Positions 28,301 to 37,358 of a DNA stretch of 64,000 bases are shown one piece after another. Below the pieces are notes generated by a model, which saw only the letters and a program-made list of their open reading frames with translations, did no database searches and was not told where the DNA came from. A program made the translations under genes and the position numbers. The stretch is from Dehalococcoidia bacterium (GTDB lineage Bacteria > Chloroflexota > Dehalococcoidia > Lucifugimonadales > QGNO01), in NCBI GenBank assembly GCA_965116555.1, contig OZ220698.1:1240709-1304708 (forward strand), given 5' to 3'. Position 1 is the first letter of the stretch, and each line of letters opens with the position of its first letter.

Positions 28301-29107
28301 ATGAACAGACTGACACACATCTCACGCCGGATAACCGAGTCCACGGCCTTTGAAGCTGGCATCATAGCCGTCATCATCATCAACGCCCTTCTGCTTGGAG
28401 CCGGGACTTCACCAGCGATCGAGCGGCAGTTCGGGGAATGGATCGATGCGGGCTATCGGATCGCTTTGGCGGTGTTCATCGTCGAGGCGCTGCTCAAAAT
28501 GACCGCGTCGTCGCCGCGCGTCGCCGGGTACTTCAAAGACAGCTGGAACGTATTCGACTTCCTGGTCATAGTTTTCGCGCTTGTACCCGCGACTGGGCAG
28601 TTCGCCATGGTCGCCCGGCTTGCACGTCTGCTTCGAGTTCTGCGCCTCGTGTCGACGATCAGAGACCTGAGGCTAATCGTGAGCGCGTTAGTCCGCTCCA
28701 TCCCCAGTGTGGGGCACGTCATGATGCTGATGAGCATCATCGTCTACATCTACGCCATCATCGGGTACCATCTGTTCAGCGAGCATGACCCCGAGAACTG
28801 GCGGAACCTGGGGATTGCCCTACTGACCCTATTCAACATCATCACGCTGGAGGGATGGACGGAGGTGATGTTCACCGCGATGGAGCTGAACCCCCTGGCC
28901 TGGATATACTTCGTCAGCTTCGTGGTAGTGGGCACCTTTGTGGTGATCAATCTGTTCATAGCAATAATCATCAACAACCTTGACGAAGCCAAGCTGGAGC
29001 GTCTCCGTGACCTGCAGCGCCCGGTATCGCGGGAGGAGCTCCTGCGCGAGATTCGCACGACCCAGGAGGCTCTCCACCGCCTAGAACAACGCATGGACGA
29101 CGAATAG
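28301..29107 (+). CDS. voltage-gated cation channel, single-domain BacNaV/NaChBac type
   Basis: About 268 aa (GTG at 28298 or ATG at 28301). The S4 segment RLARLLRVLRLVSTIRDLR has Arg at every third position. Pore filter TLEGWTEVM (28844-28864). The C-terminal region has a charged helical coiled-coil character. Confidence 0.8.
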   Translation: MNRLTHISRRITESTAFEAGIIAVIIINALLLGAGTSPAIERQFGEWIDAGYRIALAVFIVEALLKMTASSPRVAGYFKDSWNVFDFLVIVFALVPATGQFAMVARLARLLRVLRLVSTIRDLRLIVSALVRSIPSVGHVMMLMSIIVYIYAIIGYHLFSEHDPENWRNLGIALLTLFNIITLEGWTEVMFTAMELNPLAWIYFVSFVVVGTFVVINLFIAIIINNLDEAKLERLRDLQRPVSREELLREIRTTQEALHRLEQRMDDE

Positions 29108-29159
29108 AGCGGACGGGCCCCTGCCCTGCTACAACAATAGGTAGAGCCTAGTGACGAGC

Positions 29160-29188
29160 TTGTTAATGATACTATGTATCTATATATT
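29160..29188 (+). promoter_or_regulatory. candidate promoter for the methyltransferase gene
   Basis: TTGTTA (29160-29165), 17-nt spacer, TATATT (29183-29188). Confidence 0.35.
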
Positions 29189-29285
29189 TTGCCTGCACAC
29201 CGGGGAACCCGGAGCAGGACAGCGCAATCTCCGGTGGATTTTACCCGTGGAAGCTGTACAACTTGCGAATTACAGGAGGGCAACA

Positions 29286-30119
29286 ATGGACTCAGTGATC
29301 CAAGCATGGAGGGAGCAGATGCTTTTCCATGACCAGGAGATGGCCGCTCTGCGCGGCGGTGAATATGAGCATGGTCAGGGGCAAGGCCGCGCCGGCGGTT
29401 TTAGCTTCGCCAACCGGCCTATGGACCCCTTCCGCACCGATGACGCAGTGCTTAACCGGCTATTCGCCGCGCTGGGTTCGGGTACAGAGGTTCTCGATGT
29501 TGGTGGAGGCGCAGGTCGCTTCGCTCTGCCACTGGCTACACGGGCTAAGCGAGTGACCGTCGTAGAGCGGTCCGCGGATTCCGTGGAACTGCTTAATTCA
29601 CGAGCAGCGGAGGCAGGCATCACCAACATCGCCGTGGTCAACCAGCCGTGGGAGGATGCTGACGCGCCGGTGGCGGACGTGGTGCTCTGCTCCCTTGTGC
29701 TGCACCATGTCCTTGAAGCGGCTCCCTTCGTGGAGAAGCTGCAGAAGTATGCGAGAGACCGCGTGGTCGTAGTGGAGATGGGTGAGACACCTGGGTCGAT
29801 GGACCGCCCCTTCTATGAGAGGGTATACGGTTCGGCTCCTACGCCCTTGCCTGGACTGGACAAGGTGATGGGGCTGTTGTGGGCGATGGGTATCTACCCA
29901 AACGTGGAGATGATCGGCCCTGAAACCGTCATAGTGGAAAACGACCGGGACGCGGCGCTGGAACAGCTGCGTCGCAGGCTGGCCGTGCAAGAGGGCACCG
30001 TGGAGGATGATCGGCTGCAAGCCGCGGCGGACGAATTGCTGGAGGAGACCCCCAATGGTATTACCGTCCGCGGCGTGCCCCCCCGGCGACAGGCCATAAT
30101 CACGTGGAGCCCTCAATAA
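29286..30119 (+). CDS. class I SAM-dependent methyltransferase
   Basis: ORF from 29151. The preferred start is the ATG at 29286 (AGGAGG upstream). Motif I VLDVGGGAGRFALPLA. Has the general look of small-molecule or protein methyltransferases. Confidence 0.7.
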   Translation: MDSVIQAWREQMLFHDQEMAALRGGEYEHGQGQGRAGGFSFANRPMDPFRTDDAVLNRLFAALGSGTEVLDVGGGAGRFALPLATRAKRVTVVERSADSVELLNSRAAEAGITNIAVVNQPWEDADAPVADVVLCSLVLHHVLEAAPFVEKLQKYARDRVVVVEMGETPGSMDRPFYERVYGSAPTPLPGLDKVMGLLWAMGIYPNVEMIGPETVIVENDRDAALEQLRRRLAVQEGTVEDDRLQAAADELLEETPNGITVRGVPPRRQAIITWSPQ

Positions 30120-30265
30120 GCCTACTCCAAATGACCGCTGGAGAGTCTCCGGCTCAAACCGCGCGAGTTCCCCACTAGGAGACGTGAGAGCAGTCTAGCG
30201 TTATAATCACGGCTGTCTCTACAAGACAAGACTGATTCACGGCGGCAGATGAAGGGAGTAGTTTC

Positions 30266-31444
30266 ATGCGCTTCTCACCCTGGAAACCAATCCTCGCGTT
30301 GGGCCTGCTGGCAGTCCTGGCAACGGTGTCCGTCGCTTGCGCCGGAGATGATGAAGAACAAACTCCTTACCGGATAGGCGTGATGGAATCGCTGACCGGC
30401 CCCGGCGAGACCTATGGCACGGTGGCTGTTCAATCCAAGACGATGGCCCTGGACGAGATCAACGCGGCGGGAGGCATCGATGGGCGCATGTTGGAGTTTG
30501 TCGTAGAAGATTCGAAGTGCAGCGCCCAGGATGCAATTAACGCCTACAAAAAGCTAACCGCCGTGGATGGAATAAAGATCATCCTCGGGACGTCGTGCAG
30601 CGGAGCGATGCTGGGAGTCGCACCGCTTGCCGAGGAGAATGGCATTATCCTGTTCTCCGGCTTGGCCAGCAACCCTGATATCGCCAACGCAGGCGACTAT
30701 ATATTCCGTACCCAGATCAGTGATATCGAGGTGGGCGTCAGCACCGGCAACCTTCTCTGGGCGGACGGCATCCGCACAGTGGCTACCATCACTGAAGAAA
30801 CCGATTACGCCGAGGGTGTCAGACGCACCTCTGTGGCACAGTTCGAGGAGAACGGCGGCAGGATCATAGCCGAAGAGCGCTTTGCGTCCGACGTCACTGA
30901 CTACCGGTCGCAGTTGACAAAGCTGTTTGAGGCAGGTCCGGACGCTCTCCATATAACGCCCCAGTCCGAGTTCGCGGCGGGCGCCATCGTCAAGCAGGCG
31001 CGTGAGCTGGGCTACCGGGGCCCCATCTACGGCGAAACGATTACGGTAGGGACCACTGCCCTCAATATCGCGGGCGATGCCGCCACCGGACTGAAGGCCA
31101 TTACAGCCGCTCCCGACCCGAACAACGAGAAGGCGCAGGAAGTTCTTGCCAACTTCAGGGAACGTTACGAGTACATCACTCTGCCCTGGCATCTCGGCTC
31201 CGCTTACGATGACGTGTACATCGCGGCGGAGTGCCTCAAGCAGACCCAAGACGACCAGGACGCCGACGGATTTCGGGACTGTCTGTACAACATCACCTGG
31301 AGCGGCGCTATCGGGGACAACTACAGCTTCGATGCCGACGGTGAGGTCGTTGGTCTTTCCCGGGCCGTGGTGGAGGTCCTCCCACCGGATGAGAGGACGG
31401 AAGAAAACTACGGGTACAAGGTCATAGGCCGCGGTCAAACTTAA
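30266..31444 (+). CDS. type-1 periplasmic-binding-fold lipoprotein (LivJ/branched-chain-amino-acid-type ABC binding protein), orphan
   Basis: 392 aa. Lipobox VSVACAG. Motifs YRIGVMESLTGPGETYG and ILGTSCSG are typical of the LivJ/amide-binding family. No cognate permease is adjacent. Confidence 0.7.
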   Translation: MRFSPWKPILALGLLAVLATVSVACAGDDEEQTPYRIGVMESLTGPGETYGTVAVQSKTMALDEINAAGGIDGRMLEFVVEDSKCSAQDAINAYKKLTAVDGIKIILGTSCSGAMLGVAPLAEENGIILFSGLASNPDIANAGDYIFRTQISDIEVGVSTGNLLWADGIRTVATITEETDYAEGVRRTSVAQFEENGGRIIAEERFASDVTDYRSQLTKLFEAGPDALHITPQSEFAAGAIVKQARELGYRGPIYGETITVGTTALNIAGDAATGLKAITAAPDPNNEKAQEVLANFRERYEYITLPWHLGSAYDDVYIAAECLKQTQDDQDADGFRDCLYNITWSGAIGDNYSFDADGEVVGLSRAVVEVLPPDERTEENYGYKVIGRGQT

Positions 31445-31473
31445 TGCACTACCACTTGCCCACGGATTGGTGA

Positions 31474-32763
31474 TTGTTGAATAGACGCATTCACAAGAGC
31501 AGGCCCAGGATATTCTACGGCTGGTGGATTGTATTAGGCGGCCTTGTAGGAATGGGGCTCAGCGCCGGCTTCAACTACCACGGACTGAACGCATTCTTGA
31601 TTCCCGTGTCTGACACTTTTGGAGCCTCTCTCTTCGCGGTTTCAACGGTGCTTACCGTGGCCAGAATTGAAACGGCTTTTATAGGTCCGCTGGAAGGCTA
31701 CCTGATTGACCGCTTCGGGCCAAGAACCATGATGTTCCTGGGCGTGCCGCTTATGGGGTTTGGGTTTATCGTTCTTAGCCTCGCGCCCAGCTTTACAGTC
31801 TTCATTGTGGTGCTCTTCTTGGGAGTGATCTTGGGGTCCAGCCTTGGCTTTGGAAGTCCCATTACTACGGCTGTGGCAAACTGGTGGCACCGGCACCGCG
31901 GCAGAGCATTTGGAATCATGTGGTTGGGAATAAGTGTCGGGGCAATGATGGTTCCGCTTGTGAACCAGCTCATCGAGCAGTTAGGCTGGCGTACGGCGGT
32001 TCGCATAATCGGCGCTTTGGTGCTCATCATAGGGCTGCCAACAGCAGCCATCATGCGCCATAAGCCCGAACAGTACGGGATGCTTCCGGACGGCGATGTT
32101 GCCACAGATCCGACGGAAGAATCCCATCAGGTCGAATCGAGGGCGGTTTCGGACAGCCGGCCTCCGCCTGACGGACAGCATGAGTTCACCCTAATGCAGG
32201 CCCTGCGATCGGCGTCGTTCTGGCATTTCTCGATTTCATACGGACTGCGTATGGGAGTGACCGGCGCCGTGGGCATCAACCTGTTCCCTCTTGTTCAGTC
32301 TATCGGCGGTACAGATCACCAGGCGGCCCTTCTCTTCCTGGTGCACGGCATAGTCAGCGCCCCCGGAAGGTTATTCCTCAGTTGGGCCGGTGACTATTTC
32401 AACAAGCGACTTCTCATGGCAGGCCTATTCCTGGTGCTGGCTGCTTGTGTCCTTGGTATCGGTCGGAGTACCTCTCTGACGGCGCTGTTCATTATCTACG
32501 CTCCATACGCCTTTGCCTGGGGCGGCTTATCGGCGATTCCGCAATCATTTCAGGCAGACCTCTTTGGCAGGCAGCACTACGCCACAATCCGTGGCGCCAG
32601 TGCGCCTGTGCAGAATGTCATAGCGCTAATCGCCCCGCCATTCGCTACGTTTATGTTTGAGAGAACGGGAAGCTACTCCATTCCGTTTACAATTCTCGCC
32701 GGGACCGCCGTTCTTGCCGCAGTGCTGGTGATGAACGCTAAGCCCAGTAGCCCAAAGACCTGA
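31474..32763 (+). CDS. MFS transporter
   Basis: 429 aa with about 12 predicted TM segments and a central hydrophilic loop. The N-terminus has the FYGWWIVLGG style seen in OFA-like MFS proteins. The start codon is non-ATG and uncertain. Confidence 0.7.
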   Translation: MLNRRIHKSRPRIFYGWWIVLGGLVGMGLSAGFNYHGLNAFLIPVSDTFGASLFAVSTVLTVARIETAFIGPLEGYLIDRFGPRTMMFLGVPLMGFGFIVLSLAPSFTVFIVVLFLGVILGSSLGFGSPITTAVANWWHRHRGRAFGIMWLGISVGAMMVPLVNQLIEQLGWRTAVRIIGALVLIIGLPTAAIMRHKPEQYGMLPDGDVATDPTEESHQVESRAVSDSRPPPDGQHEFTLMQALRSASFWHFSISYGLRMGVTGAVGINLFPLVQSIGGTDHQAALLFLVHGIVSAPGRLFLSWAGDYFNKRLLMAGLFLVLAACVLGIGRSTSLTALFIIYAPYAFAWGGLSAIPQSFQADLFGRQHYATIRGASAPVQNVIALIAPPFATFMFERTGSYSIPFTILAGTAVLAAVLVMNAKPSSPKT

Positions 32764-32823
32764 TGCTGATTACATTGGAACGCGTTGCGCTGTAGAATAC
32801 TCACGCAACTAGAGGAGGGGGAA

Positions 32824-34548
32824 ATGTCGCTAGGAATCGTCTCTTACAGACCAAGCGTGTCAGCTAAGACTCACATGGTGTCGTCAGGCCACTACCTGGC
32901 GACGGCGGCAGGCTACAGGATCCTGGAACAGGGCGGCAACGCCATCGACGCCGGGATTGCTTCCGGGATCGTGATAAACGTGACCCTGCCCCACATGACG
33001 TGCTTTGGCGGTGTCGCTCCTATCATGGTCTACCTTGCTGAGGCAAAGAAGGCATTTGCAATTAGCGGGCTGGGCAGGTGGCCCAAGAAAGCGCCCGTGG
33101 AGACCTTTAACGGCGAAATGCCGCCCGGCCTGGGCCACGCCGTAGTCCCGGCGGCCTGCGACGCCTGGCTTACGGCGCTGGAGAACTACGGGACTATGAC
33201 TTTCAAGCAGGTTGTCACTCCCGCTCTGGAACTGGCCGAAAACGGATTCCCTATCTCCAAAAGAGTAGCGGACGCTATCTCCGGAGCCGAAGAAAGGCTG
33301 TCCGAATGGCCGCAGTCTGCCAGTGTATTCATGCCCAAAGGCGCCCCGCTGACACTAGGCGAGAAGCTTGTGAACACCGATTTGGCGACCCTATTCAGAA
33401 GCATGATCGATGTTGAGGAGGCCTCCAAGTCGGCGGGCCGGGAGGCTGCAATAAGAAAGACGAGGGACTATTTCTACCAGGGCGAGCCGGCCAGGCTCAT
33501 GGCTGAGTTCTGTCAGGAACGTGGCGGGTTCCTAGATCAAGACGATCTGTCCTCGTTCCGTGTGGGTATTGAAGAGCCGCTGGTGGGTGACTACAAAGGA
33601 TATCGCCTCCTGACCTGTGGTCCCTGGTGCCAGGGGCCTTCCCTCATCCAGGTGCTGCAACTGCTGGAAGGGTTTGATTTCAAAGACATGACACACAACT
33701 CGCCGGATCATCTGCACCTGGTCGTTGAGGCCATAAAGCTCGCGTTTGCCGACAGACACGCCTACTATGGCGATCCTGACTTTGTCGATGTTCCCTTGCC
33801 CGGGCTGCTGTCCAAGGCCTACGCCAAGGATCGACGCGAAAAAATCGACCGGCTTCAAGCCGCGCCGGGAATACCGCCGCACGGAGATCCGTGGCAATAT
33901 CAAGCTCGGAAAGGACAGCGCAGCGCCGTTCAGGCTCCCGCCAGCCTGGACGCGGAGTGGGAACCCGATACAAGCTATACCTGCGTGATCGATCGCTGGG
34001 GTAACGCTTTCTCGGCAACGCCGAGTGACGGGCAACTGGGAGAGCCGCTAGTCCCAGGCCTGGGAATCACAATCTCAACCAGAGGGGGACAGGCTTGGTT
34101 GGACCCCGATCATCCCGCCTGTGTCGAGCCAGGGAAACGGCCTCGGTTGACGCCGAATCCGGCCATGGTGGTCAAGGACGGCGAGTTGTTCATGGCTTTC
34201 GGCACACCCGGTCTGGACGCGCAAGTCCAAACCATGACGCAGCTGTTCCTCAATATCGTCGAGTTCGGCATGGACCCACAAGAGGCCATAGAGGCGCCGC
34301 GGGCAATCAGCTACAGCTTCCCCGGTTCGTCATGGCCGCACCCATATCTACCCGGCCGCTTGAACCTGGAAGGCCGCATCGATGAAGCGACCGCGAACGC
34401 CTTAAAGTCGCTTGGCCATGACGTCGAGCGCTGGCCCGATTGGACGGAACTGGCCGGAGGCGCTTGTGCCATAGTGGTTGATAGAGAACGGGGTATCTTG
34501 CAAGGCGGCGCAGATCCGCGGCGTGAATCCTACGCCTTGGGACGCTAG
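32824..34548 (+). CDS. ggt: gamma-glutamyltransferase family (Ntn hydrolase)
   Basis: ORF from 32785. The preferred start is the ATG at 32824 (GAGGAGGGGG upstream). The autoprocessing/catalytic Thr region is EPDTSYTCVIDRWGNAFSATPS. Motif GTPGLDAQ lies in the C-terminal part. Confidence 0.75.
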   Translation: MSLGIVSYRPSVSAKTHMVSSGHYLATAAGYRILEQGGNAIDAGIASGIVINVTLPHMTCFGGVAPIMVYLAEAKKAFAISGLGRWPKKAPVETFNGEMPPGLGHAVVPAACDAWLTALENYGTMTFKQVVTPALELAENGFPISKRVADAISGAEERLSEWPQSASVFMPKGAPLTLGEKLVNTDLATLFRSMIDVEEASKSAGREAAIRKTRDYFYQGEPARLMAEFCQERGGFLDQDDLSSFRVGIEEPLVGDYKGYRLLTCGPWCQGPSLIQVLQLLEGFDFKDMTHNSPDHLHLVVEAIKLAFADRHAYYGDPDFVDVPLPGLLSKAYAKDRREKIDRLQAAPGIPPHGDPWQYQARKGQRSAVQAPASLDAEWEPDTSYTCVIDRWGNAFSATPSDGQLGEPLVPGLGITISTRGGQAWLDPDHPACVEPGKRPRLTPNPAMVVKDGELFMAFGTPGLDAQVQTMTQLFLNIVEFGMDPQEAIEAPRAISYSFPGSSWPHPYLPGRLNLEGRIDEATANALKSLGHDVERWPDWTELAGGACAIVVDRERGILQGGADPRRESYALGR

Positions 34549-34562
34549 GAGAATGGGAAGCC

Positions 34563-35357
34563 CTACGCGGGTCTTGGCGCTATCTTAACTTCTACTTTGC
34601 CCAAGGTGCCAAAGTCCGCGATAAAGACATCGTCCTCCGTAACGGGCGTTATCCCCGTGCATGTACCCGTGGTCACTATCTGGCCCGCTTCGATGGACTC
34701 ACCTCTACTCAAGAGATGATTAGCCGTCCAATGCAAGACCAGCAGGGGATCGCCTAATACACGAGAGCCCGTGCCCTCCCCTACCTTCTCTCCGTTCCTA
34801 AACAGGGTTATAGAATGTGACTTGAGGTCTATCCCACGCCAGTCCGCAGTCTCTTGTCCTGAAACGAAGGCCGTGTGTGCGACCATGTCAGCTATCAGTC
34901 TGATGGGGCCAAGTCTGCCGAAACCTCCCTCAAAGCGGCCGCCAACTATCTCAATCGCGGGAAGCACGGCATCTACCGCATCCACGACCTCGTCCAGACT
35001 ATACGGTTCCGCCCGTTTCGGCAGATCGCGGGCGAAGCGGAAGGCGAACTCGCTCTCGACGCTCGCGCTCTGGCCGGGAAACACGGCAACGTCGGCTGGG
35101 CTTTGGAAGCTGGTGGGGGCAAACATGGGCGCCGTAGCTGGCCCCTCAATGTCAAGAGCCCGTTGAGCCTCTTCGCTGGTGGCGCCAACTTTCCAGCCGT
35201 ACCTTGGCATGGCTACCAGGGCCTCTACTTTGCGTTGAACACCATAGGCGGCTCCAATTGAGTCGATACCGGATGCGGTCTCAGCTGGAACCAGACCACC
35301 GAATGTCCGTGCTTTCCAGAGAAGATTGGCAAGTTCGTCTGTTGTTCCCGCTACCAC
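34563..35357 (-). CDS. 2-keto-4-pentenoate hydratase / FAH-superfamily hydratase-decarboxylase (MhpD/HpcG-like)
   Basis: 264 aa. Contains YGWKVGATS and has an MhpD-like length and pattern. Confidence 0.65.
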   Translation of the reverse strand: MVAGTTDELANLLWKARTFGGLVPAETASGIDSIGAAYGVQRKVEALVAMPRYGWKVGATSEEAQRALDIEGPATAPMFAPTSFQSPADVAVFPGQSASVESEFAFRFARDLPKRAEPYSLDEVVDAVDAVLPAIEIVGGRFEGGFGRLGPIRLIADMVAHTAFVSGQETADWRGIDLKSHSITLFRNGEKVGEGTGSRVLGDPLLVLHWTANHLLSRGESIEAGQIVTTGTCTGITPVTEDDVFIADFGTLGKVEVKIAPRPA

Positions 35358-35371
35358 AATCGTGATGCCGC

Positions 35372-37318
35372 CTATTGATTTTCCAACGAGACGTGGCCCT
35401 CTCTGGATAGACCTTGGAATAGCGTCAGAATATGGCGTGGCTCCAGGTCATAGTTGAATTCAGCAGAAATGGCGTCGGAGACCTCATTCACACTGCGGCG
35501 ACCGTCTGTGAGATTCCATATCTCGTCTCCGATTATTCGCAGAGAGTCGAAGCGCACTCTAGGGTCTCGAGCATTCATTTCCTCGGACATGCGGATCAAT
35601 GTCCAGTAGTCGGTGCCTGCCAGACCGGGCGCGTCCCTATCTATCAGTCGTTTGGGCACGACTTTGCCCGGAGCAAACTCTTCCTCCGGGGCCGCATCCG
35701 GCAGCGACTCTAGCACCTCTGCTAGCCGGTCTTGGATTCGTTTCTGCAGCTGATTCTTGGTCGTTTCCTGGGCTTTGGGGTCATCGTCAAGTACTAGAGC
35801 CGACTCAACAGCTCCCTGATCGCGGGCAGCCAGATGTACCAGACGCCTCCTGATGGCCGCATCCGACCCTTCGCCTCTTAGTGCAATATGGCTCAATCTA
35901 AACTCGCTGCGCGCCGTCACTTCCTTCATTATTTCGGCTGCTTCTTTGGAGCCGGCGTAGGCCAACTCCAAAGCCGCCAGCGCTATAACAATCCCACATC
36001 TGCGGAAAACCGCAGGGTCAAGCACGTCGGCGGTCAGATAGTCCGTATGGAAGTACAGGTCCGGCCAAGACATCAGTAGCGGGGATGGTATGCCAAAGGC
36101 GGGATAGTACTTGTTGTCGCTCCAAGGCGTGTAAGGCAAGTCTGTGAAATTCACAAACGGGATCTCGTCGTCATTGCTGAACACCCAGCGCGTATCCTTG
36201 GGAGTCGTTTCTATCAGAGACACGAAATAGTCGTTGATGAACGTAGGGACGGAATCCGGAGAGTGATAGAACAGCAATGCAGACTTGCTCTTCCTCTGGT
36301 CGTGTCCAACGCTGTCCAGTGCAATGGAAACGATGGTGTTCTCGGCCTCTTCTCTATGGTTCTGGATGTAATGCTTGGTCCCGTGTCCTTCAACGTCTAT
36401 GAGGAACCTTATGGTGCGGCGCGGCCTGGGAATGCGTCCATCCGAAATGAGCCGGGACATCACAAGCCCTATTTCGGCCAGCATTGCGGGGCCAGAAGCG
36501 CAGTTGGCGCCCGGCTTGGTGCCTGCTGTGGAATGACAAACAAAATTGATGAACTCATCCGCCTTGTCGGTGCCGGTTATGTCTGCAAAGAGATTCTGAG
36601 CCTCTCCCTTGAAGGTCTTGGCCTGAATGTCCACCCAAACCGTGGCCGTTCCCTGACTTGCTATGGCAGCAAGCTGCTCCGCGGCATGGTAGTTCACGGC
36701 CAGTCCCCAGATTTTTGGGTTGGAAGGCATTCGCAGGAGCTGCACTGGATCGGGCAAAGACTCCCTGGTGCGGAATGGAGACGTCTGGTACAGCAAGGTG
36801 TCGGTGATTACGCCCACCGCGCCGTGCGCGGCAGCTAGATTGACCGCGTGCCCAAAGGTGCCGGGCACCGTAGTGCTTCGCACCAGTACCGCCTTACCCT
36901 TAACATCCTGTTTCTCGTAGTCCTCCGGCTGCTCCCCTGTGCCCACGTCCACTAACTCAACCGTCACTCCTCCTTCCGGAGTTGACGGCGTCCACCACGG
37001 GAGACAGGAGGGCGCGTCTTCGTAAGACACCAGAAGTTTGCCATTCGCCGACCCTATGCGCAGTTCGGAGCTTACGGGTTCCCAGGCCATCGGCATGGTT
37101 TGACTCAGCAACTTGAACTCGCCGTCCAATGGAAACCGTTCCACCCAGACCCGGTCCATACCGTTGTCCTTGAGAAGCTGCGCCACAAAGTCGGTGGCGC
37201 GGTGGTATCCGGATGCGCCCGGCGAGCGGTAGAACTTGGTCATGTGAGCGGCGTATCCCAGCGCTCGTTCTCCTGATAGTTCGGCGTCAAGAAGCTTTAT
37301 AAGTTCTTTTCTGTGCAT
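35372..37318 (-). CDS. M28-like aminopeptidase-domain protein (DUF4910-type) with a PA-like insert and a C-terminal winged-helix-like tail
   Basis: ORF to 37399. The preferred start is the ATG at 37316-37318 (MHRKELIKLL). Contains CHSTAGTKPGANCASG and RFLIDVEGHG where M28/DUF4910 proteins carry metal-ligand motifs. The C-terminal DGRRSVNEVSDAISAEF... resembles a wHTH module. This is a family assignment from memory. Confidence 0.4.
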   Translation of the reverse strand: MHRKELIKLLDAELSGERALGYAAHMTKFYRSPGASGYHRATDFVAQLLKDNGMDRVWVERFPLDGEFKLLSQTMPMAWEPVSSELRIGSANGKLLVSYEDAPSCLPWWTPSTPEGGVTVELVDVGTGEQPEDYEKQDVKGKAVLVRSTTVPGTFGHAVNLAAAHGAVGVITDTLLYQTSPFRTRESLPDPVQLLRMPSNPKIWGLAVNYHAAEQLAAIASQGTATVWVDIQAKTFKGEAQNLFADITGTDKADEFINFVCHSTAGTKPGANCASGPAMLAEIGLVMSRLISDGRIPRPRRTIRFLIDVEGHGTKHYIQNHREEAENTIVSIALDSVGHDQRKSKSALLFYHSPDSVPTFINDYFVSLIETTPKDTRWVFSNDDEIPFVNFTDLPYTPWSDNKYYPAFGIPSPLLMSWPDLYFHTDYLTADVLDPAVFRRCGIVIALAALELAYAGSKEAAEIMKEVTARSEFRLSHIALRGEGSDAAIRRRLVHLAARDQGAVESALVLDDDPKAQETTKNQLQKRIQDRLAEVLESLPDAAPEEEFAPGKVVPKRLIDRDAPGLAGTDYWTLIRMSEEMNARDPRVRFDSLRIIGDEIWNLTDGRRSVNEVSDAISAEFNYDLEPRHILTLFQGLSREGHVSLENQ

Positions 37319-37358
37319 GATTGGACTTCCTCTTTGAAACTCTGTTGCCCAGACTCCG

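Noticed and set aside
29286-30119. The methyltransferase might be part of a restriction-modification or other defence system.
   Set aside because: No nuclease, helicase or specificity gene is adjacent. I saw no DPPY/NPPY-type DNA-methyltransferase catalytic motif. It has the small-molecule/protein class-I MTase layout.
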